In this document: one piece after another, positions 1 to 13,564 of the stretch
How positions within the stretch are numbered: position 1 is the stretch's first letter
Layout of the letters: the number at the start of each line of letters is the position of its first letter
Origin: Narcine bancroftii
Lineage: Eukaryota
Reading direction: 5' to 3'
DNA: 64,000 nucleotides
Assembly (NCBI RefSeq): GCF_036971445.1
Contig: NC_091470.1
Location: forward strand, 258,044,001 to 258,108,000
Notes under the pieces: model-generated
Told to the model about the DNA's origin: nothing
The model's database searches: none
What the model saw: the letters and a program-made list of their open reading frames with translations, nothing else
Translations under genes and position numbers: made by a program

Positions 1-192
1 GTAGATTGAGAGTGTCAAGATCACCCATGTGGCAGAGAGCCAATGAAAAGATGAAGGGCTTGGTGGGTGGTGTCTTGTGAGATGAAGAATTTGTTGCTGT
101 TATGAGAAGAATAAAGAGTTGACTCCATTTTGAAGAATAAGTGAATGTATTCTTTAAATTGTGTGTATACCGGGTAAATTACTGCAGCTACA
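1..192 (+). mobile_element. 5' LTR (partial, cut by window edge) of decayed Gypsy element A
   Basis: Matches 2896-3006 plus 4010-4068 (shared ...gtattctttaaattgtgtgtatac.gggtaaatt.ctgcagctaca). Contains AATAAA and ends in CA. Confidence 0.8.
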
Positions 193-2620
193 AGTTTCAC
201 AGGACCTTCTAGGTAAAAATGGAAAGAGATGAGGATAAACCCTTTGCAGGAGTAGTTGGGGAGGTCAAGCTGGAGGTCTCCCTCCCCCCCCCCCCCCAGC
301 TTCTTATCAACAATGCATCTGCGTGATTCGCGATCATCAAGGCACGTTTCTCCACCCTTAGTGTGACAAGTCAGAAGATGAAATTCATTTCACTTGTGGC
401 CAGTCCTCCAGAGCAGATTGCCGTGAAGTGTATGATATTCTAGTTAATCCAGATGCTACCCTCCCATATAACATCCTGAAGGCTGCTATTCTGCAGTGTA
501 CTCAGCTGACTCAGGAGGCTCGTATTGTCAAGCTACTATCTAACAATTGCCATGGGGATAGGAAGCTGTCACAGATGCTGAGAAGATGGCGCAGGCTCGC
601 TGTTGTGGACCCTATTGAAGGGGATGTATGGAAGCAGAGATTCCTCCAGTATTTACCTCGTCAAGTTCAAGGACACTTGGTGAGTGTCTTTCACACGTCC
701 ACACTCAATGAGTTGCTGAATCATACTGATCTCATTATGTCTACGACTTCTGCAGAAAAATAGATGCATTGTTACTCCTCCTAGTCAGCAGGTGCAAACA
801 GAGCTGGAACAACTGCTTACTTCATCTTGTCAACCACCTGCACCTTATCAACCAAAGATAACTCAGCTGGAGCAGCAAATGACTGCACTAACTACACAGA
901 TCCAGGCTTTGGGCATGCAATGGAATTCCTTCTGGTGGCCTGGTTGATCGTGCTGGTCGAGGATATGGTAGAGATGGTGGGTAGCATATTTGTTGGAAGC
1001 ACCGGAAATTTGGTGCTGCCACCTGGCCTTGTCAGCTACCTAGCCATTTCTACAAATAGCAGCCAGGAAATGAGCAGGCCTGGCAATAGAGGCAACTGCT
1101 GCCCTTGGGCATCTCGGCCGCCATCTCTTCCTCAAAGACTATTTCTCGGGTGTTCAATTTCTTGTCAATTCCAGTGCAGAAATTTCAGTGGTCCCTCCAA
1201 CCCTGGAAGAATGCAGACACCCAAATATATCATGTGTTTTGCCAGCCGTGAACGATTCTCATTTTCAAATATATGGCCAGGGATCACTCACACAGAATTT
1301 TGGTCTCAACAAACTATTTCAGTGGATTTTCACGGTTGCAAATATGGTAAATTCTATTTTGTCACTGTTTTTACTGCTGGTGATTTTAAAGAATTGCTGT
1401 GTCATGGTCTACAGCACTTGTGTGCCCCTGCTTGTTCCAGGGATTGCTCAAGCATTTCCCTTGCCTGGTAACCTAGTCATATTAGCACGGGGACATCAAT
1501 CATGCATTTGCCAACCACATAGAAACTCATGGCCCTCCATCTGTAGCGTGAGCTCGTAAATTACTCCTGGATCATCATGAAAGTGAAATTCAACCACAAG
1601 CAGGAGCTGGGTAGTCTGCGGATTTGACACATCCTGAGCATCGTCATTGCATATGGTTCCAAAGAAGTCTCCTGGGCTTGGCAGCCTTGTGGTGATTATC
1701 GTGCACTGAACAATTCCACTGTGCCTGACTAAAACAACATTCCCAATACAAGACTTCTCAGTGAACCTGCATGGCAAAAGTGTGTTTTCAAAAATAGACT
1801 TGATGTGTGCTTACTAGCAGAATGCTGTAGAGCCTTCTGGTGTTGCCAAGACAGCAGTAATTACTCCTTTCGGCATGTTTGAGCTTCTCCAAATGCCATT
1901 CGGTCTGCGAAATGCAGCTCAAACATTCCAGTGGTTTATGGACCGTGTACTCTCCGGCCTCGGTCTTGTATTTTTCTATATTGATGATATTCTTGCCATG
2001 AGCGTGGATGAAGAGGAACACAAGCACCGTCTTGTATCAATTTTCTGGAGACTTGACAAATTTGACATTGTGATCAATCAGAAACAATGGGTTTTTGGTG
2101 CTGCTGAACTTATATTTTTGGGACATAGTTACCCAGTGTAGTATCTTGCCTGCTGAAATGAAAGTGCAAGGAATTAGAGATTTTCCTATACCTGTTTCAT
2201 TTGGCCAGTTACAATGATTTTTAGGGACGATAAATTTCTATCACTGTTTCTTGCTGAGCGCTACAGGGTCTCTTAACCCTTAATGAGCGACTTAAGGGAT
2301 CCAATAAGACCGTTTCTAACAGACCATTGAGTTTGTGCAACGATGCCATTGTGCTTTCAACTATGTGAAGACCGCACTTGTGAATGCCATGATGCTTGTA
2401 CACCAAAAGCCCAATGCTTTGCTTTCTCTCACGATGACTCTGTTAGTGCCGTGGTAGCAGTGTTAGAACAAAGAGTCGGTGGGAAGTTGGAACCTCTGCC
2501 ATTCTTTTTAGCCAAAGTGTCATTGGCTCAGGTGGAATATAGTACTTTTGGGCGAGATCTCCTCGCCATCTATTTCGCAGTGAAACATTTCCATTTTTTG
2601 TTGTAAGGTTGCCTTTTCAC
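193..2620 (+). pseudogene. Gypsy A internal region, CsRn1-like: decayed gag-protease-RT-RNase H, integrase missing
   Basis: Gag-like ORF 428-763. Decayed CHCC knuckle CWKHRKFGAATWPCQLPS near 988-1041. RT motifs PCGDYRALN, MPFGLRNAAQTFQ and YIDDIL. RNase H motif YSTFGRDLLAIYFAVKHF. Many stops and frameshifts. Confidence 0.9.
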
Positions 2621-2895
2621 AATTTTTCAAACTTTTTCTTTCCACTCACATATCACCTTAAGTAATCCCTATGCCATAGGTGCTCTTTGATTAGTAAGAG
2701 ATTGCTTGAGATTGTACATGAGAGGGGAAATATTTGTTGAGAACCACTGCCCTAGACCCAATTGTTGCTGAAATATTTTGCTTGAGAAAAATTGTCATTG
2801 GCCTATTTCCTTTGGAGTTATGTAACCGTGCACATAACGAGTCAATTAGGTATGATTAAAGCAATGCTTTTGAAACTTTTTCTTTCCATTCACAT
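2620..2895. mobile_element. hAT-like MITE fragments (one palindromic unit plus start of a second) at the site of the missing integrase
   Basis: ttttcaaactttttctttccactcacata ... gttgagaaccactg inverted structure; the left end recurs at about 2868-2895. Confidence 0.55.
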
Positions 2896-4068
2896 AGCCA
2901 ATGAAAAGGTCAGAGGGCTTTGGTTGGGTGGTGTTTTGTTCGGTGAATAATTCATTGCTGAGTCCAAGAATAATAAAGAGAGATTACTTCATTTTCTACT
3001 GACAAATGTTACGAGCCCAGAGGACCCCTAAACCCAGCAGCAATAGATATTCACCAAGACAAATGGTTAATTAAACAAAAGCTCTTTTTAATTATCTTTA
3101 AACATGAAAATAGAATCATACTTTAACTTATCACTATTAACTTAACTAACCTAACTTAACCCCCTTCTAATTCTAAGTGCACATGTATGTAATGTGTGTG
3201 TAAGTTCAGAAAAGTTCTTTGGTTCACAGTCCAATCTCACTTCTCATTCCTCCACTTTCACTGGTTGCAGGCAATTCTTATACTGTGCACAGAATTTAAC
3301 ATTTATAAAGGACCCCAGGCTTTGGTGCTTGAAAGGTAAGTGGTTACTGCTCAGGAAGGTTCTTGTCGGTTTTCAGAGGGAGGTTTGTTGTTCCAGGACA
3401 TCCATAACTGATGCACTTGCATCAGCCACTTCAATGTCTTGCTGACGAAACTTGCCCCTTCATGGTTCTTCAGGTGATAACCTCTTTCTTTCAGGTCACC
3501 ACAGAGTTCCTTTTTGTTTCTCTTATTCCAAGTGAAACAGTAGAACAAAGTCTTCTCCTCTTGCATGAACCACAAGGACTTTGACCATGCTGTCTTCCAA
3601 ATGGTGCTCTCCACAAGCTTGCCAGCTTGTCCTGTTCCAGTCCCAGCTGCCTCTGCTGGCTGTAACACTGTACAAGTGGTTACTGTGTGTGTGTCTCTCT
3701 CTCTCTCTCTCTGAGAGAAAGCCTGTTTGACTCTCTCTGCATGACCCTCTTAGAACAGCAAGCTCTCTTTCAGTCAAAAGCGGTTCCGACAAGCTCTTTG
3801 ATCCGTTGCCTTTTATAAACAACAATCCATTAGTGAAGTCTCTTGAGCACTCTCCAAAGCTCTTGCAAATGCTGTGAGGCCTTAATATGTCTAGCATTAG
3901 CAGAGCTCCAGTATTTCAAATAAGATCTGTTTTAAAGTGTTTGTATGTAACCTACTCTAACAAACCTTTCCCAATTTATCTCCCAAAAACATATCTATAC
4001 TCTGTCACACAATTGAGTGAGTGTATTCTTTAAATTGTGTGTATACTGGGTAAATTGCTGCAGCTACA
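2896..4068 (+). mobile_element. 3' LTR of Gypsy A, split by a foreign solo LTR
   Basis: 2896-3006 and 4010-4068 join to give a diverged copy of 40-192. Confidence 0.8.
3007..4009 (-). mobile_element. About 1.0-kb solo LTR
   Basis: TGTTAC...GTCACA termini; 4-bp flanks caaa/caat. Cleanly interrupts another LTR. TATA-like and polyA-like motifs lie on the minus strand. Confidence 0.8.
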
Positions 4069-4114
4069 GACTCAGTAAAAGGAGACAGGGAAAAGGCTCC
4101 GTCTGTCACTATAG

Positions 4115-4680
4115 TGTTGATCTAGTAGTGACCCATTTCAATTACCTGCCCATTCTTGTGCCATCGTGCTTGTCCATGGTCTCATGCACTGCCAGACTGA
4201 GACCATCCAAAAACTGAAGGAACAACACTTCATATTATGTCTGGGCACCCTCCAACTGGATGGCATTAATAATCGATTTTTCCAGTTTCTGTTTGCCCCC
4301 CTTCTTTCTGTATATCTCCTTTCCTCTAGCTCTGTCTCTGTCTCTCTCTCTCCCCCCTTTCCTTTTCTCTTTTTACAGGGCCAAAACAAGCCCTCACCCC
4401 TACAATCAATTCTCACCTTTTCTCTCTCCTGTCCTCTTATCATATCCAATTAACATTTTTGTCTGTTAGTGTGTACTCCTCCCCCTTCCATTCTTCCCTT
4501 TTTCACCATCCTTATAGGCAGCTGCCATCTTTTTACTCATACCTGGAGGAAGGGCTCTTGTCCAAAACCTCAATAACATATCTTTATCTCTGGATGCTGT
4601 GAGACCTGCTGAGTTCCTCCAGCATTTCTGTGTTTTTCCTCTAATCACTGCATCTGCAGACTTTCGTGCTTCACTCCATA
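4115..4680 (+). mobile_element. Penelope-like element 3' end (GIY-YIG C-terminus plus pseudo-LTR)
   Basis: VHGLMHCQTETIQKLKEQHFILCLGTLQLDGIN, then a pyrimidine-rich tract and the gacctgctgagttcctccagcatt pLTR motif. Confidence 0.8.
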
Positions 4681-5473
4681 TTGATTTGATGTCCTTGATG
4701 TGTTTCCACTAAATCCTGTGGTTTTTGTTGGTTCATCGACACAAGTTGGTACATTCGATTAAGTTTTTGCTTTTTTTTTTAATGCTTCATCTCACTGTGA
4801 AAGTCCAATGTCTGGATTTTTTTAAACCTTTTTTTAAAATCAGTATAGTCACAGGTAATTCATGTAGGTACAACAATACAATCATTTTTTTAAGGAAGGT
4901 GAATCTATTTTCAAACCTCAACGGAAGACCGTTCTTAAAGATCAAGAAATGCATCGTGAAAATCAAACGTTTTTAATAGATTCTAAACTTCAACCTGATA
5001 GGAATAGATTAAAGATTTTATATACAAAGGCCTCACTGAAAATTCAATTTTTGGGTGCAAACCACCAATGTTGTTGATTGCACCCAAAACAAAAAGAAAT
5101 CTCTATCGCTTGTCAGAGCTGTGGACTTAACTGCAATTAATAACTAACCTGGTAGCTAAAGCAGAAAGTTTATTTTGACTAAATGAAAAGCTATTGGGAC
5201 TCAGTGGGTCAGGCAACATCCTTAGAGAGAAGTATCTTTTCTCCCTCCCTGGATATTTTGTGATCTCCTGAATCTCTCTGGCTTCTCCTTGTTTAGTCCA
5301 GATTCTAGCGCCTGCTTGTGTTGTTTTATAATTTTAACTGAATGCTAGAATTTGTCAACTATAGATTAGAATTGGAGATTAATGCATTGAAGATCTTGTG
5401 ATATTTATTTGCCCACTTCCAATTTTTAACACCTCTTCTGTCTGCACATTGGAGGATATGGTGGTCTAAAGAA

Positions 5474-5625
5474 TTCTTCTTTGGCTTGGCTTCGCGGACG
5501 AAGATTTATGGAGGGGGTAAAAAGTCCACGTCAGCTGCAGGCTCGTTTGTGGCTGACAAGTCCGATGCGGGACAGGCAGACACGATTGCAGCGGTTGCAG
5601 GGGAAAATTGGTGGGTTGGGGTTGG
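5474..5625 (-). mobile_element. RTE LINE 3' fragment (young family)
   Basis: Near-identical reverse complement of about 41180-41332 (PCNRCNRVCLSRIGLVSHKRACS* plus GAA-type tail). Confidence 0.95.
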
Positions 5626-6074
5626 TGCATCTGCAATGGTGTTTTTCTGGCAGCCTGCAGAAGCAAAGTTCAAGTTGATTTTCATGTGATTGTACATGTA
5701 CCACAACAGAAAGCAGCATTTCTCCAGATCACAGTGTACACTGATCACATATATACCAGTACATAGTTATAATTTAAAATAACCTCCAAGCAGAAAGGCC
5801 TGGCAGGTGAAAACATTGTTGTTGCATTCTACTAGAATCTCAACTGGTAAAAGGAGTGACTTTTGGAATACTGGAACTGGCCAGTCATCTCTTCCAATCT
5901 TCCCCACCATTTTGCACCTTCGTCTGACTTCCCTGTCATTTTTCCATCCGGTCTCATTCTACAAAGCCATTAGGCATAACATCTAGACAGTAGGACCCCA
6001 TGAAGGAGTGGTTCAAGATGCATCTCTGCTCTTCCTGGTGTTGCTGCAGCAGTGCCATCTTGGAAGTTTATATA

Positions 6075-6295
6075 CAGGTATGCGTTGCTATACCTGAATG
6101 TCCATGATACATTCTGTGAAATTGGGTGTTATGCGATGTGGCGTTGTGTGAACACTATTATATACTTAGCAAAGCTATATGGGATACTGTACCTGTAAAC
6201 TCTTTACCTGAAATTAGGGATCAATGTGGGGACTGTCACGGGGCTGTGGGGAGAGAATGGGGCAGTCAGATCAGTGTGGGTATACAGTATACAAT
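6075..6295 (+). mobile_element. Tigger3-like (pogo) MITE left end with about 1.3 minisatellite units
   Basis: ta|caggtatgcgttgct...gatacattctgtgaaat resembles the Tigger3/MER7 terminus; homologous to 13921-14110. Confidence 0.6.
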
Positions 6296-9111
6296 TTCCT
6301 ACAGATACCGATTGCTTTTACTAAATCGCTCTGAACTTGCTCGCGGTAACTGAATAATTATAGGAACATGGGCATGTATGTGGTTGGATGTGGTTTGGAC
6401 AGGCTTTAAGTGGAGCATACCTGTATTTGAGAAAATTGGTTTCATCAAATGTGCCCATTGAGATTACTATTTGCATTAAATTGCTAAATCTGAGTAACTT
6501 GTGTTCAGGAAGTTTACCCATGCTTGATTTGTCCCTAAGGTATTCGGAAATCCTTCTGCTAAAATTTAAAAATTATGCTTAAAGTATGGAACGGATCCTG
6601 TGACTGAGCAGTGTATTACAGTGATAAATGTAGGTTTTCTGAGGCCTAGAAAATAAAACCTAATAAGAGGAAGATATGGGTGGTACAGGAAGAAAGGGCA
6701 AGGAATTATAAAATTTAGAATTATAAACTGCTGGAGTTTGGGGGTTAGGAAGTATTTGTTCAGTAGTGTGGAATTTGATGGGCAACGGCTGCTCTGAAAT
6801 GGTTCCTCGTGCTGATTTACAACATACAGACTGTACTTTGTGTTGTGGTTAATCAGCTTGGCTGTGCACTTTGTAAAATTACCTGAGGTCTTGCATGGTC
6901 AACATCTTTCACTGGATCAGAACTCCCCCTAAAGGTGATGTATTGTAAGAGAGTCATTTGTGTTGTCTGGAGAACAAATTCTGTCAAATCTTTTATAAGA
7001 GAAAGTTTGATTTTTGCCATTTCATTAAAGCACCTTCAGTCGTGGGCTCCACATTGGTCTCTTGTACACCTGTGAATACTTGACTTCAGGGATGACTTGC
7101 TTCCACTCTGGTTCTCAGGAACTGCTGGAGAAATACTTCTCTGTGAAATTCTGGAGGAGTTATGGAAGTCTGACTATCTGTATTAGCCCAATGCAAAACA
7201 GAAAATCCTGATTTTTAACTAAAATGCCAAAAGGAATAAAACTCTTGCCAAGACTCCACATGTTGAATTCATCTCCTGGAGAGAGTCAACTTTTCTTTTC
7301 AACAATCCTTGGGAATCCTGTTCCTTTGATTGAAATAAAATTCTTTTATTGCATTATTCGCAATCATTGCCTTTTCCTATCTTTTAATAGATCAGTATTT
7401 GAGAGCTTAGACTTTGTTGTTATCTCTGTGAGAGTTTTGCATGACATAACCATATAGGTGAATTGAGAATAAGGTTTTGCAACTTTCCCAGTTCTGACAA
7501 AGGATGTTTAACCTCCTGAGTATTTCCAGCATTGTTTTGCTTTCATTCAGATTTTAAATAAACTGGAAATTAAGAACTGCCTTGGGCACAGTTTCCATCA
7601 GGTGAGATTCTTTACAAAATAAAGGAACGACCTCGAATTCAGAGGCAACTGTAGACTGGAGAGCTCCTCCAGACTCCTGAAAGAGACGGTAAAGGTTACG
7701 CAGCTGTGTGACACCTTCACCTCAAAGGGTGTCATGGTCAGAACCTCCAAAGTTCTTCTCTGATCACTGCCTCCTGTCACCTACAGGAGGACCAGAAGGC
7801 AGACAATTGAAGTTGCTGACCCCAGAGAATGTTGAGGAAGTAAAGATGGAGTAGACCAGTTGGAGAACAGTGAAACCTTTTCTTAATTCCCTAGTGAACT
7901 GGTGTGAAGCATCCAAGGAGAAGATCCAGAGGTTCTTTATCTCCAAAGGTGTTCAGAGAGCAAGGCAGGCAGAGGGAACTGAGCCAACTCAAGGTTGACC
8001 TGAAGCAACTCTTCCTTCTGCTTTCGAGAGGGGTGGATGTTAGGAATTCCAAGAGGTGAAGAAATGGCAGGCTGAGCTATTCACCTCAGTCCTCCAAGAC
8101 CTTCTGATCCAGAGTACACACTGTGAGCAAGATGATACATGCTCACGCTTCTTCCAAAAGGTTCATGGGGAACTCTGTGATCCACAGCTTTAAGGGACAG
8201 CTCAGTCATATCATTGCAGACAGGCATACAGAGGATCAGTGGGTCCTTTTATGCTGATCTTTACAACACTAAGGCCACAGACAGAATGTCCTCCCAGAAC
8301 TTCCTCACCACTATCATGAAGTTCTTAGACAATAGCAAATGAGAGTGTCTGGAGTAGCCAATTACTCTGGGAGAGCTGACAGACTCCATCCATTCCTTTG
8401 GGTCAAATAAAACTCCTGGAAATGATGGTTTACTGGCTTGGTTGTGCATGACTCCATGAAACTGGGTAGCCCTGGACCTGCTGGAAGTATGCAACATTAT
8501 GGACCAAGCAGGCAGCACATCAGACTCCATGAGGAAGGATATCATCACCCTCATCTTCAAACAAAAGGAGAAGGAGGATATCAGGAAATGGAAAACCATT
8601 TCATTGCTAAATGTGGAAACAAAATACTGTCCAAGGCCATTGACAATCGAGTCAAGTCTGTTTTGGAGCAGGTAATTTACCCAGACTAAACCTGCATGGT
8701 TCCATGCTGGAAAATCTCTGACAGCATCGCACTGTTCCTGGATACCATTGCCTACGTGCAGGACATGGGGTGGACACCTCTCTGATCAGCTTCGACCAGA
8801 AGAAGGCTTTCAATTGGATATCACACATGTTCATGATGGACATGCTCTCCAAAATAGGTTTTGCGGAAGGAATCTGAAATTGGATTACACTGCTCTACAC
8901 AGACATCCATAGTGAAATCCAAATCAATGGGAGGGAAGCAGATCACTTCACCATCAAGTCTAGAGTCAGGCAGGGTTGCCTGCTCTCTCCAGTCTTATTT
9001 GTGTGCTGCAGAGACCCTTTGACCCAGGTCAAAGTTTTGCTGCACGTGGGTGGTGTCGCCGATTTTTGTTCAGACACATGATCAGTCTGCAGATTGATCA
9101 GTGTATGTGAG

Positions 9112-9351
9112 TGTGATAGTACAGACCTATCACCAATGTATATAGTTGCAGTATCTAGAGTGTAATGACTGTGCTTACAGCGATTGGCTGAGAGCTTAGC
9201 CACGCCTACTGTCTGGGCCTTAAAGGGTTGTGTCCCTAGCCAGGTCGGATCATTCCGGACTGGTCGGCCACCTGTGAAGAGCTCCTGTCTTTTGCTAATA
9301 AAAGCCTTGGTTTGGATCAACAAGTCTTTGGTTCTTTCGACGAGCTCTTCA
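9112..9351 (+). mobile_element. 240-bp solo LTR inserted in Tx1 ORF2
   Basis: TG...CA termini, perfect 5-bp TSD GTGAG (9107-9111 and 9352-9356), ATTGG box, AATAAA, CpGs retained. Confidence 0.9.
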
Positions 9352-10641
9352 GTGAGCGTTTTGAGTCTGCAACAGGTGCCTGGGTAAACTAGAAGAAGAG
9401 CGAGGCAATCTCTTCAGTAACTGGTCTGACCGACCCACCAACCCCTTCAGTCAGATCTGACCACCAGAAGGTATTGGGGATCTGATTTGGAGGGGCTGAG
9501 GCATGCAGCAAAATCAGGTTGGAGCGGATCACAAAGGTCCACCAGAAATTGGGTCTATGAGCTCAACACTCCATCTCAATAGCAGGGAGGAACCGGGTCA
9601 TTGGGTGCAAGATGCTCTCGGTACTGCTGTGCAGATTTCAGATTTATTGTCAGAGTACATGACATGACATCACGTACAACCCTAAGATGTGGCACAGGTG
9701 TGGCCCATCTCCTGCACCTCTGCTCTGCTGTCACCAAAGCAGACTTCTGATTCACGTGGGGGTCCAAGATGGAAAGGGTCACCATGTACAAGTCACCAAA
9801 CCATGGGGGCAAGGGCGTACCCACTATGGCCTTCATCCTGATGACCACCTTAATGTGTAGCTGCATCAGGCTGTGCTTGGAATCAAATTACGAGTGCAAT
9901 AGTGCAGCTATGTGGTGAGGTTTTTCCTGTCTCGGGTGTTGCGAAGGATGGTCCTGTCCCATTGACATGCAATGTCCTAGTCATCTGGGCTTTGCCACAC
10001 CATTGTGGAGAAGTTTTTCAAGACAAACACCTTTGATCACAAGGCCATCAGGCAATGGTCAGCAAGGAACATCCTGCAGAAACTGAGAGACCAGGACTCA
10101 ATTGATCCAATGGGATGGTTCCCTGAGCAGACTGTTCAGGTCATTTAGCAGAATGCTTCTTTGCCAAGGCTTACAAATATGTACCAGGACTTGACCTGGC
10201 TGGCGGTGAGAGAAGCCCTCCCAGTCAGATCCTGAAAATTGGAGCATCATCCACAAAGCACATTGTCCCCAAGATATCTGTGGTGGAGTGGAGACAGTTG
10301 CCCACTTCTTTGCAGAATTCAGATTCGTTAAAAATATGTGGAGAAGAATGCAAGGGTCCTTGTCATGGTTCAACCCCAGCAGCAGTATGACAGAGGACTC
10401 TCTGATTTACCGGCTATACCCGCAGATGCACACAGTCATAAAATCCAGAACTGCTGCAAGACCATCAACTCAGTGAAAGATAACCTTTGGTCTGCCCAAA
10501 ACCTGTTGGTCTTAAGTGGACAATAATGTTGGTGAGGGAATGCTGATGCATTCCAGACTGCAGGAGTTCATGCTGAGCGACGCACTGAGACTTGGCACAG
10601 CCAATGTTAAGGCACTATGGGGGAAGGACCATAGTCTAAAG

Positions 10642-10852
10642 CAGCAATTTTCAACTGGGGCCATACAGTCCTGTGGAGGGCCACAGCTCATTTAAGGAGG
10701 ACTATGGTCTGAATTAATAAAATATATATTTTTTAATGTAGTCGGTAGGAGAGAAGTACAAAGAAACCAAGTAAACGATTGATTCACAGGGAAGAAAGCA
10801 GATAAACTTTGAGCGGTGTCCTAAGGGGCCATATCCGAAAATAAAATGGCTG
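10642..10852. mobile_element. hAT/Charlie-type MITE
   Basis: TIR cagcaatttt / aaaatggctg; 8-bp TSD gtctaaag / gtctagag fits the NTCTAGAN target. Confidence 0.8.
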
Positions 10853-11087
10853 GTCTAGAGTCCTTCCATTACCAGGCATTGAGGGGCTGAGACAGAGGGA
10901 TATCCCCTCAAGCAACAGAGGGGGGAGTAACAAAAATGTACCACTGTGGTGGTAATGCTGCTGAACAGAAAATGAAAGCAACAATATAGAGTGATGGAAA
11001 TGTATGGATACAAATCTGAAACTTTGAAAGGTTCTCTTTTTGCAAATAATTTATTGTGAATAAAGTCTATTTTTGGTTTAAAAAAAA

Positions 11088-13524
11088 TCAAACCCGCAGA
11101 CAAGGGTGGTGGAGTTGTGGTCTGGTGCATTGACCTCGACTTTGCCAAACCCAAACAAACAGCTCTCGGACACCTCCCCTTAACAGGACCCCACTAAAAA
11201 ACATTGAGCCACTGCCTCACACACCATCTCTAACCTCATCTCCCTCCCTTGGTCTCCAACCTCATAGCATCCCAACCCCACACTGCCCGGTTCTACCTCC
11301 CAACCACAATCCACAAACCTAAATATCCCAGTAGACACATTGTTTCCACATGCTCCTGGCCTACCAAACTGGAATTGTTTTACCTCAATTCCACTATTTT
11401 TCCCTCTGGTCCATCAACATCCACGATACCTCACATACCCTCCATCACTTTAACAACTTCCGATTCCTTGAACTCAACTGCCTCATTTTCACCATGGACA
11501 TCCAACTTTGATGCATCTCATCCCCCACACCAAAAGTCTCATTGTTTCTTTCTCAACAACAGACCCAACAAGTTCTCTTACCACCTGGTAGAACGTGTCC
11601 TCACTCTCAATAACTTCTCCTCTGACCTGCCAATTTCTCCAAGTCCTTTGGTAACCGCATGGATCCCAGCTATGCCCTGACTTTTTGTTGGCAATGTGGA
11701 ACAATTCATGCTACAAGCCTACACAGGCAAGGCAAGGCTCCTTAACTCTTCTTCCACTGTGTTGACAACTACATTGCGGCTGTCTCATGCACCCATGATG
11801 AGCTCGTCAAATTTATCTTCTTTGCTGATAACTGTCTCCCGACCTCATATTTACTTCTCTGGCACATTCTCCCCCTCTCAGTTTGCATCTTGGGAGACAA
11901 ACTTTCTACAGACATTTTCTACAAACCCACCAACTCACACAGCTACCTCGACTACACTTTTTCACATGCATTCCATGTGAAAGGATACTTTTCCTTTCAC
12001 TCAATTTTTCCATTTCTGTTGCATTTGCTCCCAGGATGAAGTAGACAATAGACAATAGGTGCGGGTGTAGGCCAATTGGCCCTTTGAGCCAACACCGCCA
12101 TTTATCGGATCATGGCTGAACTTTCCCTTTCGTTAACCAATCCCAGCCTATCCCCATAGCCCATCCCAGCCTTATCCCCATAACCCTTAACTCCCCTGCC
12201 CACAAGAGCCTTATCCAACTCTCTCTTAAATCCATCCAACGAATCCGCCCCCACTACCCTCTGTGGCAATGTATTCCTGACCCAAACTCTCTGGGTAAAA
12301 AAATTTCTCCTAATTTCTGTCTTAAATGGCCTTCCCTGTATTCTTAAACTATGCCCTCTAGTCCTATTCTCACCCATCATTGGGAACATGTGCATTGATT
12401 TCACCCTGTCAAGCCCTTTGATAATACTAAATACCTCAATCATGTCTCCCCTCATCCTTCTAAACTCCATCGCATATTGTCCAAGTCTTTCTAACCTCTC
12501 CACATGACAATCCTGCCATCCCGGGAACTAACCTTGTAAAGCTGTGTTGCACTTCCTCTATAGCAAGCATGTCCTTTCTTAAATATGGGGATCAGAACTG
12601 GATGCAATTCTCCAGGTGAGGTCTCACCAGAACCCTGAACAACTGCAGGAGGGCTTCCCTACTCATATACTCCAATCCCCTCTTTATGAAAGCCAACATA
12701 CTGTTCGCCTTCTTCACCACTTGCTGAACCTGCGTACTAGTTTTCAATGATTGGTGAACAAGTATGCCCAGATCCCTTGCATTACCCCACTCCTTAGCTT
12801 AACTCCATTTAAATAATACTCTGCTTTCTTGTTTCTGCCTCCAAAATGGACAACCATTCCAGATTATCTGAGATGTTGTCCTCCTTCAAAAAATGTGGCA
12901 TCCCCTCTAATCCCACTCTCAACTCAGCCCTTACTGTATTTCTTTGAATTCCCACACATCTGTCCTTGACCCCTCCACCCCAGATGCAACAAGACCAGAA
13001 TTCTCCTTGTCCACACCTACCACCCACCAGTCTCCATATCCAACTAACTATCCTCCTCAATTTCCTCGACATGCAATGTGATTCCACTATCATCACCTTC
13101 TGCAGAGACCTCTCCTCCTTCTGCAGAGACCACTCCCTCTGTGATTCCCTCATCCATTCATCCCTTCTCACTAATTACTCCCTTGATACCTACCTCTGTG
13201 ATTGCAGGAAATGTTACACTTGCAGGAAATGTTACACTTGCACTCACACCTGCTCCCTCACCAGCATTCAGGCCTCTAAAACAGTCCTTCAACATTTCAC
13301 TTGTGAATTGGCAGAAATCAACTACTTCATTTGGTGTTCCTGAAGCAGCCTCCTCTACATCAGAAAGACTGGACACAGTCTGGGAGATCGCTTCATTCAG
13401 CAGCTTCGCTCTGTCCGCTGCAAAATTGAGGACCTTTTGGTAGCCAATCATTTCAATTCCACCCTCCACTCGCATGTTGAAATGTCTGTCCATGGCTTCA
13501 TGCATTGCTAAACTGTGGCCACCC

Positions 13525-13564
<40 letters not shown>

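Larger units (their letters stand above)
7540..11087 (+). mobile_element. Tx1-type (L1 clade) LINE, decayed ORF2 plus 3'UTR
   Basis: Fragments SDHCLL, KTPGNDGL, KILSKAIDNRVKSVLEQVIYPD, SFDQKKAF, VRQGCLLSP and C-terminal CGGVETVAHFF; ends in aataaagtctatttttggttaaaaaaaa. Confidence 0.85.

Noticed and set aside
827-1471. 214-aa ORF with a hydrophobic stretch (env-like)
   Set aside because: Off-frame reading across the decayed gag/protease junction.
13202-13240. Repeated CRKCYT zinc-finger-like motif
   Set aside because: Local 18-bp tandem duplication inside a dead Penelope ORF.
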